Of a stretch of 64,000 nt of DNA, positions 26,913-35,407 are shown in pieces (the stretch's first letter is position 1; the number at the start of each line of letters is the position of its first letter). The DNA comes from Candidatus Omnitrophota bacterium (GTDB lineage Bacteria > Omnitrophota > Gorgyraeia > Duberdicusellales > 4484-171). The notes under the pieces are model-generated. The model made no database searches and was not told the origin of the DNA. It worked only from the letters and a program-made list of their open reading frames with translations. The DNA lies in contig JAFGQU010000013.1 of NCBI GenBank assembly GCA_016935525.1, positions 26,523 to 90,522 on the forward strand, read 5' to 3'. The position numbers and the translations under genes were made by a program.

Positions 26913-28211
26913 ATGTGTTATGCTATTCCCGGAAAAGTAAAACGGTTCCAAGATAAGTTTGTCATTGTCGATTATTTCGGCGAAGAACGCCGGGCGTATA
27001 ATGAGCTGGATGATCTCTCAATCGGAGACTATATTTACGCTCAGGGCGGTTACGCCATCCAAAAGATAGCATCGGATGAGGCCGAAAGTATATTGATGAC
27101 GTGGAAAGAGACTTTTTTTGAATTACAGGAAGTCGACCTCCAACTTTCCCGGATGGATCTTGAATCTAAAGACCTTTCGCTCCGAGTCGTCGGGCTGCTT
27201 GATAAAGTGAATCACGGGTTTTCTTTAAAAACCGACGAGTTGGAATACATCCTTGGCCTTGAAGATGAAAAAGAAAAAGAGTTTATATGTAAAAATGCGA
27301 ATTTTTTAAGGCAGAAATATCATAAGAACGCCTGTTGTGTGCATGGGATCATCGAGATATCCAACCGGTGCGCCCGGGATTGTCATTATTGCGGTATTTC
27401 TACGTTTAATAATAATCTTATCCGGTATCATATGGACGCGGATGAGATATTCGCGGTCGCTCAAAAAGCCGTCAAAGAATATAGTTTTAAAGCATTGGTC
27501 TTACAGAGCGGTGAAGAGTGCGGGTATAATACCCGTGAATTGGCGGGAGTGATCTCGAAAATCCGCCGTGAATTAGGCGCGTTGGTATTTATCAGTTTTG
27601 GCGAGATATCTCTTGAAGCTCTCGATCAGTATTATCAGGCCGGGGCCAGAGGGATATTGTTGCGGTTTGAGACGTCGAACGAAGGATTATATAACCGTCT
27701 TCATCCCGGAGGAGCATTGGCTAGGCGTATTGATTTGATCCGGGCGGCCGATAAGCGGGGCTATCTGGTCGCAACCGGCGGTCTCATCGGGTTGCCGGGG
27801 GCGACTGCGCATGATATCGTGAACGATGCTTTGTTAGCTAAAGAGCTGAACGCCGAGATGTATTCGTTCGGCCCGTTTATTCCATCGCACGATACGCCGC
27901 TTTCACAATCTTTTTCGGTCTCACCGGATTATATGCGGATGGTCATCGCCCTTATCCGGCTGGTCGATCCTGCGAAAGGGAAAATATTAGTGACTACGGC
28001 ATTTGAAACGTTAGACCCTTTAGCCAGGCGCCAGGGGCTGCTGTGCGGCGCGAATTCGGTTATGCTGAATGTGACTCCCCGCAGGTACCGTCAGCTTTAT
28101 TCGATTTATCCCGGACGGGCTCACCAGTCGCAGTCGATCCCTGAACAGATAGAAGAGACTATTGTATTACTCAAGTCTTTAGGCCGCGCGCCTACGGATC
28201 TGGGTATTTAA
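26913..28211 (+). CDS. hydE: fusion protein: HypC/HupF-like domain (N-terminal) joined to HydE-type radical-SAM maturase
   Basis: N-terminal MCYAIPGKV...VDYFGEERRAYNEL...GDYIYAQGGYAIQKI matches the HypC signature (MC-x-AIP, essential Cys2). From ~aa 95: EISNRCARDCHYCG (CxxxCxxC), YLVATGGLIGLPG, GANSVMLNVTPRRYRQLYSIYPGR match HydE. Confidence 0.7.
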   Translation: MCYAIPGKVKRFQDKFVIVDYFGEERRAYNELDDLSIGDYIYAQGGYAIQKIASDEAESILMTWKETFFELQEVDLQLSRMDLESKDLSLRVVGLLDKVNHGFSLKTDELEYILGLEDEKEKEFICKNANFLRQKYHKNACCVHGIIEISNRCARDCHYCGISTFNNNLIRYHMDADEIFAVAQKAVKEYSFKALVLQSGEECGYNTRELAGVISKIRRELGALVFISFGEISLEALDQYYQAGARGILLRFETSNEGLYNRLHPGGALARRIDLIRAADKRGYLVATGGLIGLPGATAHDIVNDALLAKELNAEMYSFGPFIPSHDTPLSQSFSVSPDYMRMVIALIRLVDPAKGKILVTTAFETLDPLARRQGLLCGANSVMLNVTPRRYRQLYSIYPGRAHQSQSIPEQIEETIVLLKSLGRAPTDLGI

Positions 28212-28236
28212 TCTAACCGGAACGATTCACAACATT

Positions 28237-28254
28237 TTGTGAATTTTATCACAA
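28237..28254. promoter_or_regulatory. Rex operator upstream of rex (autoregulation)
   Basis: TTGTGAATTTTATCACAA matches TTGTGAA-N4-TTCACAA in 17 of 18 positions. An adjacent TTCACAA-N4-TTGTGAA palindrome lies at 28225-28242. A TTGACA-16-TACACT promoter at 28259-28286 overlaps. Confidence 0.5.
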
Positions 28255-28322
28255 AATATTGACATCCCGGAAGAATATGGTACACTTGTGTTTCTTTAAA
28301 AATAGGCAGGGAGGCCACCACG

Positions 28323-28991
28323 ATGGTAAATAAGAATTATATTATACGTCTTTCTAATTATCGTCACGCTTTGAACCGGTTTAAAACGTTGGGCTTTATT
28401 AAGGTTTTTTCCGACAATCTGGCTGACGCCACCGGGGTGACTTCATCTCAGGTCCGTAAAGATTTTTCGATCTTCGGGATATCCGGGAACAAAAAGGGGG
28501 GGTATCAGGTCGAACTATTATTGGAACGATTAAATGATATCCTCGGTAAAGACCGGCTTCAACGCGTGATCATCGTGGGTGCCGGTAAAATAGGTAAGGC
28601 GCTTATCAATTATAAAGGATTTGAAAAAGACGGCATAAAAGTTGTCGCCGCTTTTGACGTGAATACGGCTGACCGGGTTCCGGTTGAGATCGATGTCCCG
28701 GTGTATCCTCTGGAGAAATTAAAAAATTACGTGAAGAAGAATAACATTGAAATCGGGGTTATCGCCGTACCGGATAACGCGGCTCAAGGGGTAATGGATC
28801 TTCTGGTAGAGTCGGGGATAAAAGGGGTATTGAATTTCGCGCCGATACGGTTACGTTCCGATACCGATACGATCATCAATAACGTGGATCTGCGTTCGGA
28901 ACTGGAAAATCTCGTTTATTTCGTGAACGCGACCGGGAAATCGAAAGCCAGAAATAATGATAAAGGTAAAAAGAATAGAGAAGAGCAATGA
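28323..28991 (+). CDS. rex: redox-sensing transcriptional repressor Rex
   Basis: Winged-helix N-terminus (VTSSQVRKDFSIFG) and Rossmann NADH-binding domain (IIVGAGKIGKAL). 222 aa. Confidence 0.85.
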   Translation: MVNKNYIIRLSNYRHALNRFKTLGFIKVFSDNLADATGVTSSQVRKDFSIFGISGNKKGGYQVELLLERLNDILGKDRLQRVIIVGAGKIGKALINYKGFEKDGIKVVAAFDVNTADRVPVEIDVPVYPLEKLKNYVKKNNIEIGVIAVPDNAAQGVMDLLVESGIKGVLNFAPIRLRSDTDTIINNVDLRSELENLVYFVNATGKSKARNNDKGKKNREEQ

Positions 28992-30490
28992 GTATCACGC
29001 ATAATAAAAAAAACCTGGAAATTTGGATAAAAAACCGTGTACGTCATGACCAGGTCGATAAGTACCTGCATGATCAGAAAGATTTTATCGATGAGGATAA
29101 GATCTTTACCGCGTTAGAAGCCGGGAAATCTCCGGATGCCGGGTATGTGAGAGATATTCTCAAGAAATCTCTGGCTATCGAAACGCTTAATCTTGATGAA
29201 ACGGCGGCCCTTCTCAACGTGACTGATCCGGACTTGTTAGCTGAGATGAGGCAGACCGCCGCAGCGGTGAAAAAGAAAGTGTATGATAACCGGATCGTCA
29301 CGTTCGCGCCTTTGTATCTTTCTAATTTCTGCGTGAACAATTGTCTTTACTGCGGGTTTCGCAGCGATAACATCCTCGCTCGGCGCCGGACGCTTTCAAT
29401 CGACGAGGTAAAGCGGGAAATCGAAGTCCTGGCCGGTACTATCGGGCATAAACGGCTGATCGTCGTGTACGGTGAACATCCTCAAAGTGATATCGATTAT
29501 ATGGTCGATACTATCGCTGCGATCTATGAGGTGAAGGTGAAGACCAAAAAAGGGGTCGGACAGATCCGCCGGGTGAACGTGAATGCCCCGCCGCTTTCGG
29601 TTGAATCGTTACGGTCTTTGAAGGAAGTCGGAATCGGGACCTACCAGGTGTTTCAGGAGACATACCACCACGATACCTACCGCCGCCTTCATCCTCAAGG
29701 TACGATAAAAGGCGATTACCGTTGGCGCCTTTATTGTATGCATCGGGCGTTTGAGGCGGGTATAGATGATGTGGGTATCGGCGTGTTATTCGGGTTGTAT
29801 GACTGGAAATTCGAAGTGCTGGGACTGGTGACTCACGCCCGTATCCTGGAAGCCCATTGCGGGGTAGGCCCGCATACGGTATCGTTTCCGCGGCTGGAAG
29901 AGGCTACGCATATCCCGTTTACGTTACAGAGTAAGTATCGGGTACGTGACGAAGATTTTAAGAAAATAGTGACGGTATTGCGCTTGGCGATCCCTTATAC
30001 CGGAATGATCCTTACCGCCCGGGAAACCGCGTCGATGCGCCGGGAGACTATTGGCTTGGGAGTGACCCAGATCGACGCGTCAACGCGTATCGGTATCGGA
30101 GCCTATAGCGACCGATCAGAAGAACAGGAAGGACGCCGTCAGCAGTTTTTGCTCGGCGATACCCGCAGTTTAGATGAGGTAATCCGTGAACTGGCCCGTG
30201 ACGGGTATATTACCTCGTTCTGTACCGCGGGATATCGTTGCGGACGGACCGGTGAGTGTATCATGGAATTGCTTAAAACCGGTAAAGAAGGACAGTTCTG
30301 TAAATTAAATGCCATCCTTACTTTTCGCGAATGGCTTGACGATTTCGCTTCAAAACCGACCCAGGATATTGGCGAAGAGATCATCAATAAAGAACTTGAT
30401 GAAGTGAAAAAAAACATACCCGGAATGTATCCTCATTTGGTCGAGTATTATGAGCGGGTAGCTCAAGGCGAACGCGACCTCTATTTTTAA
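28988..30490 (+). CDS. hydG: HydG-type radical-SAM protein (tyrosine-lyase family, ThiH/HydG-like)
   Basis: FAPLYLSNFCVNNCLYCGF radical-SAM motif typical of HydG/ThiH. At 500 aa it is HydG-sized, with a C-terminal Cys cluster (FCTAGYRCGRTGEC...FC). Confidence 0.65.
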   Translation: MSITHNKKNLEIWIKNRVRHDQVDKYLHDQKDFIDEDKIFTALEAGKSPDAGYVRDILKKSLAIETLNLDETAALLNVTDPDLLAEMRQTAAAVKKKVYDNRIVTFAPLYLSNFCVNNCLYCGFRSDNILARRRTLSIDEVKREIEVLAGTIGHKRLIVVYGEHPQSDIDYMVDTIAAIYEVKVKTKKGVGQIRRVNVNAPPLSVESLRSLKEVGIGTYQVFQETYHHDTYRRLHPQGTIKGDYRWRLYCMHRAFEAGIDDVGIGVLFGLYDWKFEVLGLVTHARILEAHCGVGPHTVSFPRLEEATHIPFTLQSKYRVRDEDFKKIVTVLRLAIPYTGMILTARETASMRRETIGLGVTQIDASTRIGIGAYSDRSEEQEGRRQQFLLGDTRSLDEVIRELARDGYITSFCTAGYRCGRTGECIMELLKTGKEGQFCKLNAILTFREWLDDFASKPTQDIGEEIINKELDEVKKNIPGMYPHLVEYYERVAQGERDLYF

Positions 30491-30587
30491 TTTGAGAGAG
30501 TTGAAAAACATACTATCACGCTATCTGAGTACAATGAGTATAGAATGATCGCGGCGGTATATATATTTTCTCAATAGGATTGATTTT

Positions 30588-31559
30588 ATGGAATATTCTC
30601 GTATTGCACAATTGGAACTGCCGGTTTCAAAAATCGGATTAGGGTGCTGGGCGTTCGGCGGCGATAGCTGGTGGGGGCCGCAGAACGATCACGATTCACT
30701 GGAGGTTCTTGATCAGGCATTAAAAAGTGAGATCACTCTGATCGATACCGCGCCGGTATACGGACGGGGCCGGTCGGAAACTATTATCGGGAATTTCTTG
30801 AGAAAACGCAAGGTAAGAGAGAAAGTCATCCTTGCGACAAAACTGGGGCTGGCTTGGGAAGGGCCGAATATCCTTCATGATTTAAGTGAAAAAAGGATGC
30901 GTCAGGAATTGGATGCATCACGCCGGCGTCTTTGTACCGATTATTTCGATATCTATCAGGTCCATTGGCCTGACCCTAACATCCCGATCGGTGAGACCGC
31001 GCAGGTGATGCATGAGTTTTACCAAAAAGGTATTATCAAAGCGGTGGGGGTAAGTAATTATTCCGTGGACCAGATGGAAGAGTTTATGAAATATTGTCCG
31101 GTCCATAGCCTTCAACCGCAATACAGCATGTTTGTCCGTGACATCGAGCATGAGACCGTACCATTTTGTGTGCGGCACAATATCGCTATTTTTGCGTACG
31201 CGCCGCTGTATAGCGGGCTTTTAACGGGAAAATTCTTTTTGAACGGAGAAAAAATACCCGATGATACCAACCGGAAGATGAAGCGGAAAGATCTGGAAGA
31301 ACCGTTATTTTCCGTGAATCGTGCGATACTCCAGGAATGTAAAGAGATAGCGTGTGGGTACGGGAAATCGCTTACCCAGCTGGTGATCAATTGGACCTCT
31401 CATCAAGAAGGGATCAGTTCGGTCCTGGTCGGTTCGCGCAGCCGTACCCAGATATGCGAAAATGCCGCAGGAGCCGGTTGGGAAATCTCCGAAAGTGATC
31501 AGGCAAAGATCGATACTCTCTTGCGGCAACGGCAGGAAAAAATAAAAAGTTTAAGATGA
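30588..31559 (+). CDS. aldo/keto reductase
   Basis: AKR motifs GLGCWAFGG, LIDTAPVYGRGRSE, IKAVGVSNYS. Confidence 0.85.
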   Translation: MEYSRIAQLELPVSKIGLGCWAFGGDSWWGPQNDHDSLEVLDQALKSEITLIDTAPVYGRGRSETIIGNFLRKRKVREKVILATKLGLAWEGPNILHDLSEKRMRQELDASRRRLCTDYFDIYQVHWPDPNIPIGETAQVMHEFYQKGIIKAVGVSNYSVDQMEEFMKYCPVHSLQPQYSMFVRDIEHETVPFCVRHNIAIFAYAPLYSGLLTGKFFLNGEKIPDDTNRKMKRKDLEEPLFSVNRAILQECKEIACGYGKSLTQLVINWTSHQEGISSVLVGSRSRTQICENAAGAGWEISESDQAKIDTLLRQRQEKIKSLR

Positions 31560-32491
31560 ACATCCTCGTTACCGGGGCGACCGGGTTTATCGGCAGGCAT
31601 CTTGTACGGAATTTAAGCCGGCATACCGAGTATACTATTTTTGGTCTTACCCGTAACCTTAAGAGAATATCCCCGCCGGTTTCAAGTAATATCCAGTATC
31701 TTCAGGGCGATATAACCTGCCGGGAATCTCTGGATGTTCTGGCTCATCGGAATTTCGATATCGTATTTCATTGCGCCGCCTGCGTGGAGAATGCTCCGAA
31801 AGAGGCGTTGTATCGTACTAATGTGCTGGGTACAAAAAATATCTGTGAGTGTGCGCTTAGAGCGAGAGTATCGCGCCTGGTCTATACCAGTTCGGTCGCG
31901 GTAATAAGCGGTAATGATCGGGCGCCGTTTACCGAAGACATGCCTTATCGCGCGACAAATCCTTACGGCGATTCGAAGATAGCGGCCGAAAAAATAGTGT
32001 GGGACTATCGTGAGAAAGGGGTCCCGGCAGCTATTGTGCGTCCGCCGATGGTGTACGGAGCCGATGAACCGCATATGTTAGGGATATTGTTGACTTTGCT
32101 CCGCTTGCGGATGTTACCGTTTTTAAACGACGGAGCTCAAGCGTTTCATCTGGCTTATGTGGAAAATGTAGTCGCGGCGTTGACTTTGGCGGCGACCCAT
32201 GAAGGGTTTTTGGAGGGTACTTATTTTGTCGCCGATGAAGACGTGTTGTCATATAAAGAAGTCGTTACCTTTTTATGTGAAGGGTTAGGAGTAAAAGTCC
32301 CCGGCCGACTGCCGCGTATGTTCGATGGCCTGGTTGATGCGGTTCCGTGTATGAAGAAGAAAAAAGACCGGCTTTTAAGGCCGAGACAATACTGTCTTGA
32401 CCGTATCCACGCCCTCGGATTTAAAGCTCCTTATGCGGCGAAAGAGAGCCTCATCCTGAGCGCCCGTAATTTCACTGGTCGAGCGTCGTGA
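31556..32491 (+). CDS. NAD-dependent epimerase/dehydratase (SDR family)
   Basis: ILVTGATGFIGRHLV Rossmann motif and YGDSK catalytic YxxxK. Confidence 0.75.
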   Translation: MNILVTGATGFIGRHLVRNLSRHTEYTIFGLTRNLKRISPPVSSNIQYLQGDITCRESLDVLAHRNFDIVFHCAACVENAPKEALYRTNVLGTKNICECALRARVSRLVYTSSVAVISGNDRAPFTEDMPYRATNPYGDSKIAAEKIVWDYREKGVPAAIVRPPMVYGADEPHMLGILLTLLRLRMLPFLNDGAQAFHLAYVENVVAALTLAATHEGFLEGTYFVADEDVLSYKEVVTFLCEGLGVKVPGRLPRMFDGLVDAVPCMKKKKDRLLRPRQYCLDRIHALGFKAPYAAKESLILSARNFTGRAS

Positions 32492-32576
32492 GTCCTGCCC
32501 GCTCCCGACCTGTCGGGAGGGCTGGCGAGCGTACGTCGAGCGTTTTAGGGAACGAAAAAAAGGAAGAGAAAGATCG

Positions 32577-33188
32577 ATGAGCAAGAAAGTGTTTGCGTTT
32601 GATTTAGGGAGGGTCCTTTTCGATTTCGATATCCGTATCGCTCTGCGGGCTTTGGGCAGTACCAGCGAAATGTCCCAAGAGAAGATACTGGAGGCGATTT
32701 ATTATGAGAATTTCGGAGTCGAGTACGAGAAGGGATTAATCACTAATTTCGAGTTTTATAAAAGATTTTCCGACAAGTTCGGGCTTAAAAATAAATACGA
32801 AGACTTTACTGAAGCCTGGTGCGGCATGTTTTCGCCTAAGAATGAGATGATCGAATTTGTCGCAAAGCTCCGCCGGATGTATCCGCTCTATATGATCTCT
32901 AATATCAGCGATCTGCATTTTGAGTATCTGTTTGAAAAATACCGGTACGTCTTTGATTATTTCCGTGGCCTCGTCCTATCGTTTAAAGAGAGATCGGTCA
33001 AACCGGAGGAGAAGATCTATAAAACCCTTGAGACACTCTGCGGGGTTCCTCGGCAGGATATCATCTATATCGATGACCGCCAGGATCTTATTGAGGCGGC
33101 TGAGGGTATGGGGTTCTGTTCTATCCAATTCAAAGATCTCGCCAGATTAATCGAAGATTTAGAAAAAGCAGGAATTGCTCTTCCTTGA
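32577..33188 (+). CDS. HAD-superfamily hydrolase (putative)
   Basis: HAD-like motifs: FAFDLGRVLFD (motif I variant), MISNIS (II), KPEEK (III), IYIDDRQD (IV). Confidence 0.5.
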   Translation: MSKKVFAFDLGRVLFDFDIRIALRALGSTSEMSQEKILEAIYYENFGVEYEKGLITNFEFYKRFSDKFGLKNKYEDFTEAWCGMFSPKNEMIEFVAKLRRMYPLYMISNISDLHFEYLFEKYRYVFDYFRGLVLSFKERSVKPEEKIYKTLETLCGVPRQDIIYIDDRQDLIEAAEGMGFCSIQFKDLARLIEDLEKAGIALP

Positions 33189-33331
33189 TCAGAAATCCCA
33201 CAATTATTTTAACTTCGTTACACTATAGACCATAGATTAGGCGAGATAACATCTTGTCATTGGAAAAAACGGTTGATATAATAAAAAGAGTACGATTTTT
33301 AAGCAAACATAGAAAATGGAAGGGAGGAAGA

Positions 33332-33715
33332 ATGAAGGTTCCAAATTTACTCGTGTTGTGCGCGTTCATCTTTTCCGGATGTGTGCCGGTGCTGCTGGGA
33401 GCCGGAGCGGTTACCGGGTATATGCTCAGTAATGATTATGCGTTAGGTAATGTGAAGACCGATTACCGTACTTTGTGGGATACGTCTTTAGATACAGTGA
33501 GTACTGCCGAATTCAATATCGTGGAAGCGAACGAATCAAAAGGTATCATTAAAATAAAAGATTCCGATGTCGATGTGACGATCAAGATCGACAGCCTGGC
33601 CGTAGACGAACAACGACTGAAAGTATCTTCGCGGAAATATCTTATCCCGAAACCCGCGTATTCTCAGAAAATATTCTTCCGGATCATTCGTGGGTTAGAT
33701 ATGGAATTAGAGTGA
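33332..33715 (+). CDS. hypothetical lipoprotein
   Basis: MKVPNLLVLCAFIFSGC lipobox after the GGGAGG RBS. No recognisable domain. Confidence 0.5.
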   Translation: MKVPNLLVLCAFIFSGCVPVLLGAGAVTGYMLSNDYALGNVKTDYRTLWDTSLDTVSTAEFNIVEANESKGIIKIKDSDVDVTIKIDSLAVDEQRLKVSSRKYLIPKPAYSQKIFFRIIRGLDMELE

Positions 33716-34470
33716 TCAAAAGATTACTTTTTTTGTGTCTGGTTTTTATCGGATGTAGCTCTCCGGTCGATTATTCCCATATAAAAGTCATCGAGGCCAT
33801 TGACGGGGATACCGTGATGTTAGAGAACCGTCACCTGTTGAGGTATATCGGTATCGATACTCCCGAAACGCGTGTTCGTCAGGATGGACGCTGGATTGAA
33901 CAGCCGGCATTGTATGGCCAGGAGGCCAAATCATTTAACCGTGACCTTGTCGAAGGAAAATACGTCCGGGTCGAGTTCGATCTGGAGTCGCAGGATAAGT
34001 ACGGCCGGCTCCTGGGGTATGTATTTGTAGACGATATGTTTGTGAATGAGAAATTGCTTCGGGAAGGGTACGCGGTATTATATACCTATCCGCCTAATGT
34101 GAAATATGTCGACCGTCTGGTTTCCGCTCAACGTGAAGCCCGTCAGACCAATCGCGGCTTTTGGGGAGCTTATGAAATTATAGCGGCTCAGGATGCGTCG
34201 AAATGGTTCGGGCATATCCGTACGGTACGAGGCCGGGTGCAGAACATCTTTCAGTCGGGTAAAGCGGTATTTTTGAATTTTGGGGATAATTGGCGAGATG
34301 ATTTTACCGTGGTCATCTTTAATAACGCGTTTGAATATTTTTATAAACAAAACATACATCCGGTAACATATTATAAAGGGAAAACGGTCGAGGTGACCGG
34401 GCGGATCCGGGAATATAACGGGCCGGAGATCATAGTCAACAGCCCGCAGGAAATTATAATAATAAAATGA
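33712..34470 (+). CDS. thermonuclease (SNase-like) lipoprotein with C-terminal OB-like domain
   Basis: Lipobox FIGC. SNase catalytic region IDGDTV...RYIGIDTPE...GRLLGYVFVD. Confidence 0.75.
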   Translation: MIKRLLFLCLVFIGCSSPVDYSHIKVIEAIDGDTVMLENRHLLRYIGIDTPETRVRQDGRWIEQPALYGQEAKSFNRDLVEGKYVRVEFDLESQDKYGRLLGYVFVDDMFVNEKLLREGYAVLYTYPPNVKYVDRLVSAQREARQTNRGFWGAYEIIAAQDASKWFGHIRTVRGRVQNIFQSGKAVFLNFGDNWRDDFTVVIFNNAFEYFYKQNIHPVTYYKGKTVEVTGRIREYNGPEIIVNSPQEIIIIK

Positions 34471-34558
34471 TTGTGGTCACACGACACACGTCACAAGGTC
34501 ACACGTAAAGAAAACAGGTGATTTACCTGTGACGTGTGACTATGTGACTTTGTGACCC
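34471..34558. repeat. family-1 repeat element, copy B
   Basis: GGTCACACGACACACGTCACAAGGTCACACG, a 22-nt spacer, then TGTGACGTGTGACTATGTGACTTTGTGACC. Confidence 0.7.
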
Positions 34559-34569
34559 GAATAAAAGGT

Positions 34570-35325
34570 ATGGACCATAAAAATAAATTCATGTTTATGA
34601 TAGGGTTTCGCTTTGTTCTTGCGCTGTCGCTATTTCTGGGGAGCGGCTGCGTGACGGTCTACAACCCGGCTACCCAGCGTAACGAGATGTATTTTATCAG
34701 TGAAGATTCAGAACTCGCTATGGGTAAAAAACTTGCTGATGAGGTGATCAAAGAAAATAAATTGATCGAGGATAACACTGTGGTCTCAGCTTTACTCCAG
34801 GTGGCGCATGAGATCGCGCGGGTGTGCGACCGGAGTAATCTTACCTATCATTTTTATGTGATAGATAATGAAGAGATGAACGCGTTTGCTCTACCCGGGG
34901 GATACATTTTTGTGCATAAGGGGCTGTTCGATAAAGTAAGCCGTGACGAACTCGCATTTGTCCTGGCTCATGAGATCGGACATGTCAGCGCCCGGCATTC
35001 CGTCAAAAGATTGCAGGCGGCGATGGGAGTCAACCTGCTTTTAAACCTCGCGTTCGGAAATAACGCTCAATCTATGCAGCAGGCGTTAGGGATAGTCTAT
35101 AACGTGGTTTCCAAAGGATATTCCCGGCAGGATGAATATTTAGCCGATACCCTGGCAGTAAAATATACTCATCGGGCCGGGTTTGATCCTTATGCCGGGG
35201 TGAGTTTGATGGAGAAGTTACAAAAAGAAGGGGCCCAGGGGCATCCGTTTGTCTTTTTAAACAGCCATCCTAAGTCGTCCGACCGTATCGCGAATATTCA
35301 GGACAAAATCCTTCAAATCCGGTGA
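34570..35325 (+). CDS. M48 family metallopeptidase (lipoprotein)
   Basis: HEIGHVSARH (HExxH) and downstream glutamate. N-terminal signal ending LGSGC. Start set at ATG 34570, just outside the repeat. Confidence 0.8.
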   Translation: MDHKNKFMFMIGFRFVLALSLFLGSGCVTVYNPATQRNEMYFISEDSELAMGKKLADEVIKENKLIEDNTVVSALLQVAHEIARVCDRSNLTYHFYVIDNEEMNAFALPGGYIFVHKGLFDKVSRDELAFVLAHEIGHVSARHSVKRLQAAMGVNLLLNLAFGNNAQSMQQALGIVYNVVSKGYSRQDEYLADTLAVKYTHRAGFDPYAGVSLMEKLQKEGAQGHPFVFLNSHPKSSDRIANIQDKILQIR

Positions 35326-35407
35326 AATTCCTGATATTTTTCTTGAGGCAGGTATGAGTTGAAATAAATTGACGCTTGTATCCTCTTTTGGTATTATGTT
35401 TCTTCCT

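Noticed and set aside
28225-28242. TTCACAACATTTTGTGAA palindrome upstream of rex as a second Rex box
   Set aside because: The half-sites are in the opposite arrangement (TCACA...TGTGA rather than TGTGA...TCACA). Only the adjacent TTGTGAATTTTATCACAA was called.
32502-32519. Hairpin CTCCCGAC-CTGT-GTCGGGAG after the epimerase gene as a terminator
   Set aside because: Perfect 8-bp stem but no downstream U-tract; insufficient on its own for an intrinsic terminator call.
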